The notes beneath the pieces are model-generated. The model saw nothing but the letters and a program-made list of their open reading frames with translations. It was not told where the DNA came from and searched no databases. This document shows, in pieces, positions 45,019 to 59,995 of a stretch of 64,000 bases of DNA (positions within the stretch are counted from its first letter, which is position 1; every line of letters starts with the position of its first letter). Both the position numbers and the translations under genes were made by a program. Source of the stretch: Eledone cirrhosa (lineage: Eukaryota); assembly GCA_964016885.1 (NCBI GenBank), contig OZ024745.1:15190001-15254000 (forward strand), written 5' to 3'.

Positions 45019-47387
45019 TGTTTCTTTTATTTGCCACCAGGGCATCAAAAGTGGGACAAGTACAAAGGGGGGAGTTTACAAAACAAGGCGTCCTCAATAA
45101 GGAGGAGGCAATAACAATATATAAAAATAAAATAAAATATAACAAAAAATAAAATTTATAACAAAGTCCTCAATAGAGAGGAGGCGCTTGGGGGGTCGCA
45201 CACCCCCGAAAAAAAGTATGCAACCCTTCTCCTCAGGAGCACAGAGAAGGGGTGCTCCCTTGGTCTTTCATCTTCCTCACCTATAGTCTGATGTAGAGTG
45301 AAGGCCCATTCAAACGGGCCATTCTCGCCACTTTCACCCATCTTTCATAGAAACGGCTGGGGTGCAGCACCTCTCTCTCCATCCTGATCCTTCTTCCGAA
45401 ATGATATCGGAAGAAACGGACCAGTTGTTGGCCAGAGAGAAAGGTGTCTGACGCGTCCACCATACAACCTCTTTCGCCATGGCTATTACGCACAGAAACA
45501 CCGCCTCTCCTTCGTTTTTGAAGAGGGGAGGCGGCTTGATCGTTACAATAGACTCGGTGGTCAACCGGATCGGTCCCACCCTTGACAGCAGTTGTTCGAT
45601 ATAGCCCCACAGATCGGCTACGCCCGAGCAGTGTACCAATGCGTGTGCAACGGTTTCCTCGTCGCACACGCATCTGGGACAGATCTTTTTAGCGGGATCC
45701 TTACCCGGGCGCCCGTGTCTGTAGAGCCTTTCTCGAACCAGACCCCGAGCAACTTCACCGGGCCCTCCGCCCAGCGTCCGACGACGCCATCGGAGGGCAT
45801 CGGTCTGCCCCTCCACGTGCCGAGTTGCAAACCGATCGACTTGTCCCGGTTCAGCTTAGCCCCTGTGAACCTTTCGTACTCCTCCAGTAAGGTGCCGACC
45901 GCCTCGATTTCGGAGGCCGTCGACACCATTACTGTCACGTCATCGGCGTAGGCCGACACCGCTTTCCGCAATCCCGGTTCCAAAGGGATGCCCTGCAACA
46001 ACTCCAACTTCCGCAGTAGTGGCTCGAGAGTCAACACATACAGAAGGGAGGAGAGAGGGCACCCTTGTCGGATGGACCGCGCGATTTTGAACGGCTCCGA
46101 GAGGTAGCCGTTCACCTTGACCCTAGAGCAGATGCGGCTGCTGTGCATAGCAGTGATCCAGCCCCTGAAAACGGGTCCGAGCCTGCCGCCGCTAGCACCG
46201 CATCCAGGTAACCATGGTCGACCCTATCGAACGCCTTAGATTGATCCAAGTTGATCAGAGCCCCACCAAAGCCGGGTTAGTTCCCAACCCTCTCTATGAT
46301 GTATCGCATGAGGTGGAGGTTGTCATGGATGGACCTGGACGGGATAGCGCATGTCTGCGCATCTCCCACCAGGTTGCCCACGACAAGCGCCAACCTCTTT
46401 GCTAGCACCTTGGCCAAAATCTGTAACTCTGTATTTAGCAGAGTTATGGGCCTGAAGTTACTTATTTCGTCCCCCTTGTTCTCGTCCTTCCTCACTAGCG
46501 TGACTACGCCCTTGGTCACAGTACAGGGAATTCTCCCGTTCTGTTGCCAGTTGCAGTAACCGCCTCGAGGAGATCGGGGAACAAGTCCGGCATAGCTAGA
46601 TATAATTCGTAAGGAAGACCATCGAGACCCGGGGATTTGCGTTTGCCGCATTGGCTCAGCACATCCTCTATCTCAGCGGCCGAAATCGGCTCCTCGCAGG
46701 ACTTCGCCTCCCCGTCCGAGAGGCACGGCAGGCCGTCGAGGTATGGACCGAAGTCCACGTTCCCAACCGGCTCCCCGCCCCTCCCGAACAGTCGGGCAAA
46801 GTGCCTTTGAAACGCCTCACACATCTGCTTAGGCTCAAGAATCGCCCGTCCATCCAGGTCTCGCAAAGACCGGATGGTGGATTTAGTTCCACTGTTGGCC
46901 TCTGTCACGCGGGCCCAGCTAACAGCTTTGGTCCCCTCGTTCCCTAGAGCACGTATTTTACTTCGGACAACGCAGCCTTCGTGCTTCGCGTCGAAAAACT
47001 GGCTCAAAGCCGTTCTCGACGCTAGCACTCTGGCCACGTCGCCGCTTCTAATTGCCTCTTCTACTCTATCTATTAGCTCCCTTTCCTTCCTATTCCTATC
47101 CGCAGCTAGAACCTTACTAAATTCTATCGAGACTAATCTAATCTCTCTCTTTAGAGATACCCACCACCTGCTGTTGACGATCGCTCCAGTCAACCGTTCC
47201 TTAACTAACGTACTAATCCGATCCCTGTAGGCTCTACTTGCCGGCAAGGACAAGTTGAGCTTCCAGTAACCGGGGCCCTGTCTATGCGTTCTATCAAGGT
47301 TGACCATGCAGGTCACCAACTTGTGGTCTGAATAGCCAACCATGAGCATTTCTGGACAACTTAAAAAGTCCCTGTCCTTATCTCTAA
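45019..47387 (-). mobile_element. Tx1 copy 2, 5'-truncated, ~697 bp internal deletion
   Basis: Homologous to copies 1 and 4; flanked by GATA x3 (45007-45018) and a GATA-derived array (47388-47474). Confidence 0.93.
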
Positions 47388-47474
47388 CTGGTAGATAGAC
47401 TGATAGATAGACTGGTAGATAGACTGGTAGATAGACTTATAGATAGACTGGTAGATATACTGATAGATAGATAG
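47388..47474. repeat. 12 bp GATA-derived tandem array
   Basis: CTGGTAGATAGA / CTGATAGATAGA repeated about seven times. Confidence 0.85.
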
Positions 47475-47665
47475 TGATACAACTAGCATAGCAGGATGCT
47501 AGATAAATCAAAGTATTAGTCTAACGGGAAAGTTAATGTGCAGGTATGAATATATATGTAGGTATATATATATGTCTATGTACGTGTGTTTGTGTGTGTC
47601 TATCTATGTGTGTGTATGTATGTGTGTGTATATGTGTCTATGTGTGTGTGTTTGAGCGCGCGCGC

Positions 47666-47743
<78 letters not shown>

Positions 47744-48685
47744 CATCAGTGCACAGACAGATTAACAAACAAAAATAGGTTTAAAAAATAATTATACATG
47801 AAGAAATACAGAGACTATTATTGGGAGGTTGAATAAATAAGCACTGTCTTTTACTCTCTTCACGCATATTGTTTACGGCGAAATGATGTTTCTTCAACGT
47901 GGTTGCTCTTCTCATCTTCATTGGTTTTTATATGATTGTGTATTCATAGCAGCGGTCATTGGCCAGTTTTTCTACACGCAGGATTATTTCTTAACGGATA
48001 TATCGATTTCAAGATAAACAATCAAAATCTTTTGTATTCCTTTTGCATCAATTTTTTTTCACTTCACTTTGCATAGGAAAAACGATAAAAGAATTATTCT
48101 CAAGATGATTCCTATACAGATGAAAAAATTTCTGATGTAAACAATCTTCTAAAATATTCAAAGCAACCGAATTGGTCAAATTTCCGAGATGCTTTTGATT
48201 TTGAAGTTCTTTTCAGGGTTTTGTTTTCAACATTATTTTTATTCTTTTGTTGATATAGTTTCTACATTGATAAATATCAACTCGCTTGTAATCATGTATA
48301 CATTTCTAATGCTTCTAAAAGAAAAATATTCAATAATACATTTCCCTGCCACTGCTGTATCATACTTTGGACAGAAATCGGTATTTTTTTAAAGATTGTC
48401 GTTGAAATTATAGAAGATTGGTATTGGTCTGCAAAGGGAAGAGTTTATTGAAAAAATAACAAACAGGAAACTAGCTTGGTGTGTCGAGATAAGAAAAGAA
48501 TATCTAAATTTTCGTCCTTAGTACGAAATTTTGATTGTATCTTGTATTGAAATGTTGAATTATATGTACACAAATAATTCTTGTTTCAAATCATGCATAC
48601 ATCCGTTAATCGGAGACAAGACTAATAATTCTTCTCAATGACTTCCTCACTTAGGAAATGTTCTTCTATTAATTGAAATAGTCCA

Positions 48686-48751
<66 letters not shown>

Positions 48752-48870
48752 TTTCTCTATCTCTCTCTCTCTCCCTCTTTCTGTCTCTATCTCTCTCTCT
48801 CTCTCTAACCCCCCTCTCTCTCTCACTCACTCACTGTATATATATCGTTCAGCAATATTAGTTTCAAGCG

Positions 48871-48933
<63 letters not shown>

Positions 48934-49317
48934 CAAGTGGAAGGTTAGTAAAATCGAAGTTATGGCGGTGGCCAAGTCAACGAGATACAATTAGATTTGC
49001 ACAAAAGCCTTTAATACCGATGTATCGATGAATCAATAGGCTACACCTTAGAGTAATTAACATACGTTAGATAGGGTGACAAATTGAAATCTGCGACGAG
49101 GGGGCATAGCCACATAATTCACCAAAACCACGAAAATACAATCAGGTTAGATAACAAACCTGGACCGTATCGAGGGGTATTATGCAATACCTCCGATGGA
49201 TTCTATGAATATAAAATCAACATTACTACTTGCGCAATATGCAAGTTTGTGGTATTTGAAGACCAAAGGTGGACTCACGTTATCAACAGGTTTCCGTTCT
49301 GTGCCTCAATCCGGTAT

Positions 49318-49426
<109 letters not shown>

Positions 49427-49457
49427 ATATATATATATGTGTGTATATATATATATG

Positions 49458-49523
<66 letters not shown>

Positions 49524-49693
49524 GAGAGAGAGAGGGGGAGAGAGAGATTTTGAGTTTATGTTGGTTCTATAACAACACCTCAGTATGCAGTCTGGAGCAC
49601 TCGACGAAGTGCGCAGGTTGGTTTGGTTACTCCGGAGTAGTGTAAAATAAAGTTAAATAAAAGTCAAATGATTAAAATTTAGCTTCGTTTATT

Positions 49694-49750
49694 ACTGCTA
49701 TATATATATTTCAGTGACAGCCATCTTTGGCTGTGACCTCTTCAGGCAGT
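49694..49750 (-). ncRNA. Type I hammerhead, (UA)n stem III family
   Basis: Minus strand ACTGC-CTGAAGA-GGT c ACAGCCA aaga TGGCTGT c ACT-GAAA-TATATATATA-GCAGT. Confidence 0.8.
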
Positions 49751-50497
49751 TTGAATTAGTATGGTATAGACAAGTACATATGTTGTTTAGGTGTATAATA
49801 TTGCCAATACTCTGATATGCCCAGTTCCTTGTTGGGTTGTTATTTCACTGAGGAACTGGAATCATATGAATTCAAACAAACGAATTTCAGTGTCAAAGGT
49901 CCCCTTCTCCTCTCATTGGTCAGTTATTAGAACATTCCTCATTCTAAGTGTTGTTATTGTTGGAGTTAGCTTAAAAATTGATAAAATGGTAGAAGGCACA
50001 AGGTGTTAAAGGAACAAAATAACAAAGAAAGTGTCAAACTTCCCATTGTTCAGTTCTGAGAGCATTCCTCAGTCAGAAGTCTATAGAATTCTTTCTGGGG
50101 TGAGGCTCCCTGTAGTGTTTTTGCCTGCTATTGTTCAGTACATTTGACCTTTACCATTATTTTGGTAGTGTTGTTGGTGTTGTGGTCAGCTTATATCTTG
50201 TTGCTGCTAACAATTTAGAAGTATCCAGTGTGTGTTTTTTCTTCATCCCTCCTGCCACCATCATAGTGGTGGTGGTGGTGGGGGGGGGGGTTCTTCCATG
50301 TATATGAAGAAATATAAGGCAATAAATGAAGAAAACAGAAAATAAATAAATAATATAATAAAATAATTAATATCATTTGTATAATTTGAAAATAAATAAA
50401 TAAATAGAGAATAAAGAATAAAGAATAAAGAATGAATGAAAAATTGGTGAAAAAAGTAATGAAAATGAATATGGAGAAGAATATGTATATATATATG

Positions 50498-50622
<125 letters not shown>

Positions 50623-50695
50623 GTACATATATATATATGTACATATATATATATATATATGTAGGTCCTCAGTAATATTATTATATATATGTATA

Positions 50696-50834
<139 letters not shown>

Positions 50835-51048
50835 GTACATATATATATATGTACATATATATATATATATATATGCAGGTCCTCAGTAATATTATTCTGA
50901 TGAAATGACAGTAAATAATAACATTGAAATATTGAATGTCTGCATAACTAAAAGTTTGTAGATAGCAGCTGTTTTAGGTTATGTAACTGTTATAGAAACA
51001 CGTGTCAATAAATTCCTTTCAACTAAACTGTATCCATTCAAATCTTTC

Positions 51049-51082
<34 letters not shown>

Positions 51083-51085
51083 ACT

Positions 51086-51270
51086 GTTTCTACTTTAGGC
51101 ACAAGGCCACCAATTACTCAGTTCATTACTGGTACTTTATTTTATCGACCCCGTAAGGATGAAAAGCAAAGTCAACCTCGGCGGGATTTGAACTCAGATC
51201 GTAAAGGGACGTAACTATGTTGGAAAGCATGGCGTCCGACCCTCTACCGATACTGCCAATCCACTGCCCT
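51086..51270 (-). mobile_element. tRNA-derived SINE (octopus-type by recall)
   Basis: Minus-strand head GGCAGTGGATTGGCAGTATCGG and B-box-like GAGTTCAAATCCCGCC. Confidence 0.75.
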
Positions 51271-51439
51271 TATATATATATAACAAATTTAATATAGAAA
51301 TAGTTTTCCTTGTAAATTCCTTCGAATCAAAAGGTTCTAGTCCTCTATGAACCATTTCTATATTGAATTTGTTGTATACACTCTGCTAATGAATTGAATA
51401 CCTTACTAACTGTGGCTACCTCCGATTGAACTCGAAACT

Positions 51440-51885
<446 letters not shown>

Positions 51886-51895
51886 TTATATATAT

Positions 51896-51967
<72 letters not shown>

Positions 51968-51970
51968 GTG

Positions 51971-52067
<97 letters not shown>

Positions 52068-52231
52068 GTGTATATATATACATATATATGGGATATATTT
52101 ATATATATGGGATAACAAGTTATCGTTATAGGTAATCCAGTTAGAGGTTGTGAGTACACTGTGTCGTAACAATTGTCAGTACTTTAAATAAACCCCTTAT
52201 TGTACAGCCAACCATGTTATTCTTCATTCTT

Positions 52232-52325
<94 letters not shown>

Positions 52326-52365
52326 TAGAATTGGTGCTCTGAAATAGCTATATATATATGAATGT

Positions 52366-52805
52366 ATATATAGTGTATTTTGCAATACACTGTATGCTTA
52401 ATTAAAAGCATTTCAAAGAAGACCTTATGCTATTGTTTTAGAGTAGTGACAGTCTCACTCACTTTGAATTTTCAGCAAACAGGGGAGATAAAGCTGACAG
52501 AGCTCTGTTTCGTACTTTTTCGTCCTTATCAAAACTAAGTACTCCACCTGTTTGCTGAAAATCATGAATGTTTGAATCTTATAGAATTCTAGTAATAATC
52601 AGGAACTGATTATACAGAGCGGTTGCCGGTCAATAAAGAAATTGAAAATCAGCAAACAGGCTGAGTACTTAGCTTTGATAAGCACCAAAAAGTGCGAAAC
52701 AGAGCTCTGTAAGTAAGTGAGACTGTCACTACTCTAAAACAATAGCGTAAGTTCTTCGAAATGCTTTTAATTAAGCATACAGTGTATTGCAAAATACACT
52801 ATATA
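52366..52805. repeat. Foldback element in (TA)n with two degenerate HHR-like motifs
   Basis: 52366-52464 is inverted relative to 52711-52805. The inner arms carry TTGATAA..GAAACAGAGCTCTGT on opposite strands. Confidence 0.75.
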
Positions 52806-52808
52806 TAC

Positions 52809-52887
<79 letters not shown>

Positions 52888-53639
52888 CATCTATCAACCT
52901 CTTTGTTTCTCTGGCTCTGACAGAGAAACATTTTGTTCATTCTATTATGAGATTTGTGATTATTCCGGAGATATCAGACGAAGCAGAGAAATGGATTAGC
53001 TTGTAGCTGTGAAAACACAAGTCAGCTTAGCATAGAAATAAGAAAACGAAGAAGCATATTCTTCAGTATGGATTTTTAATGATGTTCTAAAAAGTATATA
53101 ATACCACGGCTATCAGTAAGTAATATCTTCGTGTTACTACTGTCATACGAATATTAGAATACCACAGAAGTTTAGGAGAGAAAACATCTGTAATGATAAG
53201 TACAAGATTTCTACAGCTTTATATAAGAATATCAAAACTAAAAAGAGAAGATAATCTACAAAGTGAATAGAAAGATTTGAATAAACGAAACAAACAAAAA
53301 CATAGAAAAGTCAGATATCGTCAGTGGATTAAATGATATTGGTATTTTATATATTATTTCTGAAAATGCATATTACCATTTGCAAGATCTTTTAGAATGG
53401 CGAAATTAATGAGATTTATGTACAACTGTAAATACTTACGAGTGATACCTGTTGGAAAGGAATCCCCTTGCAAAGGAATGCAATCATAATGATAAATATT
53501 CTGGTGAAGTATCTTATGTTTGGTTCGGAAATGCGATAGTATGAATATCAAGAGAAGAAGGAGTTACTTGATCTAATGGAGTTTCGGTAGATCTTTTGTA
53601 CAGCTTGTTCGTTTCGTAGTATCAGGTCTGGGGCGTCTG

Positions 53640-53970
53640 ACTGCTACTAGAACCAGGTAAACCAGTTCAAACTACTTCACGGCCAGGTCGTGCTACTGCT
53701 TGTTACTGGTATCATGTAACCTAGTACAACCTACTTTGTGGTCTTGTGGTCGCAAGCTAAACCTATTTCCCCACCAGACCCTGGTATGGTCAGGTCAGGC
53801 TTTGTAACCCAGTACAACGTGCTTTATGGTCGAGTGGTCGGCGATTAAACCGGCTTCCCCACCAACCCTGATGTGGTGAGGTCGGTAAGTGGAACCCCAG
53901 CAGCGCAAAAAATAGAGCTGTTAAAATGGCGGATGAACTCATCAGAGTCAACGGTCATCCACCCCAACTA
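53640..53970 (+). mobile_element. Probable RTE 5' UTR remnant with ~88 bp tandem units
   Basis: Units start at ~53716 and ~53804 (GTAACCYAGTACAAC..TGGTC..TAAACC..TTCCCCACCA); homologous to 11268-11425. Confidence 0.5.
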
Positions 53971-55317
53971 TAAATAAAATAACTTCCCCAAGCCGCAATT
54001 GGCCAAGTGTGGTGAATACGGTTACACCCCTGTCATCACCAAAACCAAACAGAAAGGATTGGTTTTGTTTGGTTAGTTTCGTAGAATTTTGAACTTTTCA
54101 GTAGCAATAGGAAAGTGGAAGAGACAGACATAGGCCAGCAATTTGTAGCAAAAGTGTTTGCAGTCATTGAATGATCGCCAGTCTGTACGATGACTGTGAA
54201 TGGATGACTAGAATGTATGAAAGATTACGAAGAATAAAAGGCAATATTATCTGAATATGAGTGTTTACGTGCATGTAGATATTCGCCGGAAGTCGATATA
54301 CATGTGGATCTGAGCTCTCAAATGCATCAGAATTAATGAGATATTGCTTGGAGAAGGATGTAGTTTTATAGGAAATCATATATATGGGAGCTGAAAGAAT
54401 CGTTAGCTGGTGAGGAAGAGTGGTAAGTTTGTGTTATGGGAAAGGGGTTAAACAGAATCTTCACTGTGCATGTAAACAGTAGAAAACTGTATAGAAAGAA
54501 TGATTGAAGAGTTTATTTCGTAAAGGGAGTCACTGTGTCCGCCAATCACCATTATTGTTTGAGGGTAACAGATGGAACGCATCCAAAAACTGGCTGCCTG
54601 AAGTAAATAGAGATATTAGTGCGTGAACAAGGTAGTATGCACGCAATTTATAATAGATATTCTACAAAATGTAAAGGAATTCTAGTAAAATTAATCCAGC
54701 GTATCCAATATAACACTCTTTGTGACAAACTTGTTTCACTCGAAATTTATTCACCTTTCCTAGGGCCAATAGATGCAATCATTTTCTCTCAGTCATACTG
54801 ATTCATTGATTATAATACTGTCAGGTAATATACGAACTGATTTGAAATTCACATCGCAATAAGCCTCTGATTACGCACCCGGATGTACAAGGAACTCGAA
54901 TTTAAATGCCATGACGTACGCAACAAGAATGACAGGCGTGCCCCTTCAAACAATTTGAAGCTCATCTATAAGTACATTATACGCAGCATTCTACAGAAGA
55001 AGTAATTGTATCCAGTGTTGCCAAAATCACCACATTAACATCAACTATATTATAAATAATGTTCACAATACTATTTAAATTTGCACAATACTATTTAAAT
55101 AGTATGTGAACGTTGTACAGAGCTTAATAAATAATATATATATACATTTTGAGTATAGGTTGTTTCTTGTCCTATGATGCCGAAATTCGTTTGTTCGAAT
55201 TCATATGATTCCAGTTCCTCAGAGAAATAACAACCCAACCAGGAGCTGGACATATCGGAGTATTGACGGAGTAAAACACTTCAACAACATGTGTACCTGT
55301 CTACCACATCAATTCGG

Positions 55318-55372
55318 ACTGCCTGAAGAGGTCACAGCCAATAATGGCTGTCACCGAAATATATATAGCAGT
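55318..55372 (+). ncRNA. Type I hammerhead, (UA)n stem III family
   Basis: ACTGC-CTGAAGA-GGT c ACAGCCA ataa TGGCTGT c ACC-GAAA-TATATATA-GCAGT. Confidence 0.82.
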
Positions 55373-55421
55373 ACATTTTTAATAAACGAAGCCAAATTTT
55401 AAGTATTTGACTTAATTATTT

Positions 55422-55494
<73 letters not shown>

Positions 55495-55556
55495 TATTTC
55501 ATAAAGAACATATATATAAGAAACATTCTGGACAGGAAATTCATATATATTCTAAC

Positions 55557-55890
55557 TGTCCACAGAATATGCAAGGCGAGTTGAATGTCCTTCGGCATAA
55601 TGGTACATCTATTGGCGTGGATAATGCACAAGTTGGTCTCTGTGGTATAACCTTCTAAGTAAGCTTCTATAACCTTCTGAAGAAGCACCAAGGCAGAACT
55701 CTGAACACGAAGATCAGTCTTGAAGTCCTGGGTGAACTCACAGAGGAGAAACTACCAAATGAGAAGTTCAGTAAATTTCTGGTAATGTCTGATTTCACGG
55801 AGAGAAACAGTACCGAGCTTGTAACGATGATGGGCCACACTGATTCTGCCAGATAATTACGTCAAGCGGACATGAGTTTGCTTGTGGAAT
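55557..55890 (-). pseudogene. H3: Histone H3 pseudogene
   Basis: HRYKLGTVSLREIRHYQKFTELLIW(stop)..[48 protein letters not shown]; stop, deletion, no intact N-terminus. Confidence 0.9.
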
Positions 55891-56456
55891 ACTCAATCAC
55901 TTACACGTTATTTCTTACTTCAGATATTCAGTTGATTGAACAGCTGAATGCTCATCATCGAAACTGAATGAGGACCAATTATCAGCCACATAAACAAACA
56001 AACAAATAAAATCATTCGAACGAATCTCTAGCAGTATCGTTTATAAACCAGAGTGGAGTTGCCAGTGAAATGGCCGTGCTATGCTGAGCGGCTTACATAG
56101 TGGCATGAAGTTATTTCAATTCACTTACAACGCTTTTTCACTAATATTATTTTCCATTCTGTAAATGTAAGGTTTTAATCCTACATCAGGAATCAATAAA
56201 TGGAAGCTATTGATGTATGATAGCAATATTTCAGTTTTGATGACACATCTGTAAAATGGTCGATAAAATATTGCCTGCAGTTGATTAATTTCCTAAATGA
56301 TTCCAATGTTCTGGAACAAAGCCTCGGTTTATAACTCAGAACAAGTAATGGTTGTCTAATTTAGTTGCTTTCATAAAGGCATTAACAATCATTATTTCAA
56401 AGATTAGTATGAGTATATCTGTATAAATGTGGGCGTGCGGCAAGTATGTATGTATG

Positions 56457-56532
<76 letters not shown>

Positions 56533-56692
56533 GAGAGAGAAGAGTCAGGGATATATAGATATATAGATATATAGATATGCGTATATATATATATATATAT
56601 ATTTGTGAGTATGTGTGAGTATATATGTGTATGCATCTACATGTATGCTTATATTATTTTTAATAGAATATATTATACATTCACACACACAC

Positions 56693-56780
<88 letters not shown>

Positions 56781-56805
56781 CATATATATATAACTACATA
56801 TATCT

Positions 56806-56890
<85 letters not shown>

Positions 56891-57126
56891 TATATGACAG
56901 GGAAATATTGTTTTCAAGTAATATGATCAATAAAGAATATTGTCTATGCATTATAGAAAGAATCTAATTGATAATTCAACGACGGTGGCACTTTCATCTT
57001 TATGGAACTCTCTTACTGTATATTACAGTATTGATCTGGCTGGTTAATGACACCGTGACGTCACACAAATACGTATGAGTAAAATCACTAATAATCAGTT
57101 CCTTTTAGAAAATGTTCAGATATGAT

Positions 57127-57157
<31 letters not shown>

Positions 57158-57242
57158 TATATATATATATATGTATATATACGTGTGTGTGTGTGTGTGT
57201 GTTTTCTGTGTGCGCCTGTATGTGAGTATGTATGTATGTACG

Positions 57243-57553
57243 TTGTTCTTCTTTTTGGTAAATAACATCTTGGTTAAGAGAGTGGGACTGGCTTTGTGCA
57301 GTGCCTTTGCTCACTATAAAAGCTTCACGGCACAGGCATTGCTTTATATCTGGAGATCTCTCTGCACTTGTCGTCACATGGTACCATGGGCCCAGCTCTA
57401 TGTGTCAATAATTGTCACAAGTGTAGTGTTTGTACCAGAGTTTTCAAGTCTCTGGCTGGACTAAAAAGTCACATTCGTTCAGCGCATCGGTAGGGGTTCT
57501 CCTACATGGATATAAAGTAGTGGCCGTACTCGAAAACGAGTTGGCAGCCACCA
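57243..57553. repeat. Second copy of the unclassified ~305 bp repeat
   Basis: Matches 11530-11837. Confidence 0.85.
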
Positions 57554-57569
57554 TGTATGTATATATCTA

Positions 57570-57648
57570 TACAGGGTGTCCCAATGAATTGTATACACAT
57601 TGATTAGAATGCTGTTGAAATGTGTATACATTTTTGGGACATCCTGTA
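57570..57648. mobile_element. Tiny Tc1/mariner-like MITE
   Basis: TA-CAGGGTGTCCCA..TGTATACACATT and AATGTGTATACA..TGGGACATCCTG-TA inverted ends. Confidence 0.75.
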
Positions 57649-57709
<61 letters not shown>

Positions 57710-57741
57710 GTATATATATATACATATATATGTATATATAT

Positions 57742-57898
<157 letters not shown>

Positions 57899-57933
57899 AG
57901 TGTTCATGTATCTATCTATCTATCTATCTATCT

Positions 57934-58155
57934 CAAATACCACTTTGGAAGAAGAATCAGGGTGGAGAGAGAGGTGCTGTACCCCAGCAAGTTTTATGAA
58001 AGGTGGGTGAAAGTGGCGAGAATGGTCCGAGTGAATGGGCCTTCTCTCTATATGAGCCTGTAGGTTGAGGAAAAAGAGGAAGAGAGGAAAGGGGTACAAA
58101 CTCTTCGTACTCCTGGAGATGAGGGCTGCACATTTTTTCGGGGGTATGTGTTACA
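57934..58155 (+). mobile_element. Very short plus-strand Tx1 3' fragment preceded by (TATC)n
   Basis: [42 protein letters not shown] plus partial 3' UTR; inverted relative to 58179-58272. Confidence 0.88.
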
Positions 58156-58174
58156 CATATGAAATGTCTCCCCC

Positions 58175-59995
58175 TATTGGGCCATTCTCGCCACTTTCAC
58201 CCACCTTTCATAAAATTTGCTGGGGTACGGCACCTCTCTCTCCATCCTGATTCTTCTTCCAAAGTGGTATTTCAAAGAAAGGAATCAGTTGCTCGCCGGA
58301 GAGAAAGGTGTCTGACCTCTTAAGGTGTCTGCCTTTTTAACCTCGTCCACCACACAACCTCTTTCGCCATAGCTATAACACAAAGGAAAACCGCCTCTCC
58401 TTCGTTTTTGAAGGAGAGTGGAGGTTTGATCATGACTATGGACTTGGTGGTCAACCGGTTTGATCCCACCCACGACAGTAGTCGTTCTGCGTAGCTCCAC
58501 AGGTGGGTAACGCCCGGGAAGTGTACGAATGCGTGCGCGACTGTTTCCTCGTCCCGCACGCATCTCGGACAGATCTTTTTCGAGGGATCCCTGCCCGGGT
58601 GCCCGTGTCTGTAGAGCTTGTCTCGAACGGATAGAGCTCCTCGGTAGCACTGCCAGGCCAGGGACTTTTGGAAGTTGTCCATCAGTCCCGGGCGGAAGGT
58701 CCTACCGAACAAACTGGCCAGTTCGTCTTCCTCTACGCGTAGAGTTTCTCCGAGAGTGTCGTCGCACTTGCTGCGGACCTACCCTCTATAGAATGTCGAG
58801 GTGGAATCTCCACTGATCGCCGGGTCCATTTGCCAGAGGACTGTGAGCGCCTGAGCACATTCAATGTAGCAGTCACCCATTTTCCTCGGTCTTTGCTTGA
58901 CCCAGGACTGCAGCTCAGTCAGCGAGATGAATCGCGGGAAGGCTCGCCTCACGAACGGTTGTTCGGTGAGGAATACGTGGAGGTGCCGCAGCCTGAGTGC
59001 GTGTTTGCGCATCGTCAGCCACGGCAACCCCAGCCCTCCGTTTGAAGGGTGTTGACAGCAGTTGGATCTTCTCACCAAAGGAGCCCGCTTCTTCCAAAGG
59101 AATTGGAAGAGCGTGCGCTCCATTTAGGTGAGCGTTTTACTTGGACAAGGCACGTCGTCAAGCGATAGTAGATGACGGACGCTATGAAAGCGTTCACCAC
59201 CTCTGCTCGAGCTTTCAAGGATAGTTTGCACTCGGCCCACTTCTGGGCGAGCGCAAACACTTTGGACATTACCTCGTTCCAGTTTTTCTCCACCTGGAGG
59301 TCCTGTCCGAACCAGACCCCGAGCAGCTTTACCGGTCCCTCCGTCCAGCGTTCGACGACGCCGTCGGCAGGCATCAGTTTGCCTCTCCACAACCTGAGTT
59401 GCAAACCGACGGACTTGTCAGGGTTCAGCTTCGCTCCTGTGAATCTTTCGTATTCCTTCAGTAAGGCACCGTCCTCCACGATTTGCGAGGTGATCGACAC
59501 CATTACTGTCACCTCGTCGGCGTAGACCGACGTTGCTTTTCGCAGTTCTGGTTCCAACGGGATGCCCTGCAGTAGCTCCAACTTCCGCAGTAGTGGCTCG
59601 AGAGTCAGTACGTACAGAAGGGAGGAGAGAGGGCATCCCTGTCGGATGGATCGCGTGATTTGGAACGGCTCCGAGAGGTAGCCATTCACCTTGACCCTTG
59701 AGCAGATGTTGCTGCTGTGCATGGCAGAAATCCAGCCCCTGAACACGGGTCTGAAGCCTGGCGCCGCGAGCACCGCATCCAGGTAACGATGGTCGACTCT
59801 ATCGAATGCCTTAGACTGATCCAAATTTATCACTGCCCCACCGAAGCCGGGTTCACACCCTACCCTCTCTACGATGTATCACATGAAGTGGAGGTTGTCG
59901 TGTATGGACCTGGTCGGGATTGCGCATTTCTGTGCTTCTCCCACCAGGTTTTCGACGACAAGCGCCAGCCTCTTTGCTAACACCTTGGCAAAAAT
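58175..59995 (-). mobile_element. Tx1 copy 3, diverged, 5'-truncated, 3' end missing
   Basis: LDQSKAFDRVDH, RQGCPLS, YADE (catalytic Asp lost), CPRC..HAFVHF; the 5' end abuts (GATA)n at ~59996-60091. Confidence 0.92.

Noticed and set aside
47388-47474. CRISPR-like array
   Set aside because: A 12 bp microsatellite derivative with no spacers, in a eukaryotic context with no cas genes.
50891-50940. HHR-like CTGATGA-AATG..CATT-GAAA-TATT
   Set aside because: Stem I would need G at the cleavage position; at best a decayed copy.
54100-55050. Possible decayed LINE RT on the minus strand
   Set aside because: Only a vague resemblance (VYMHSED); no supportable motif.
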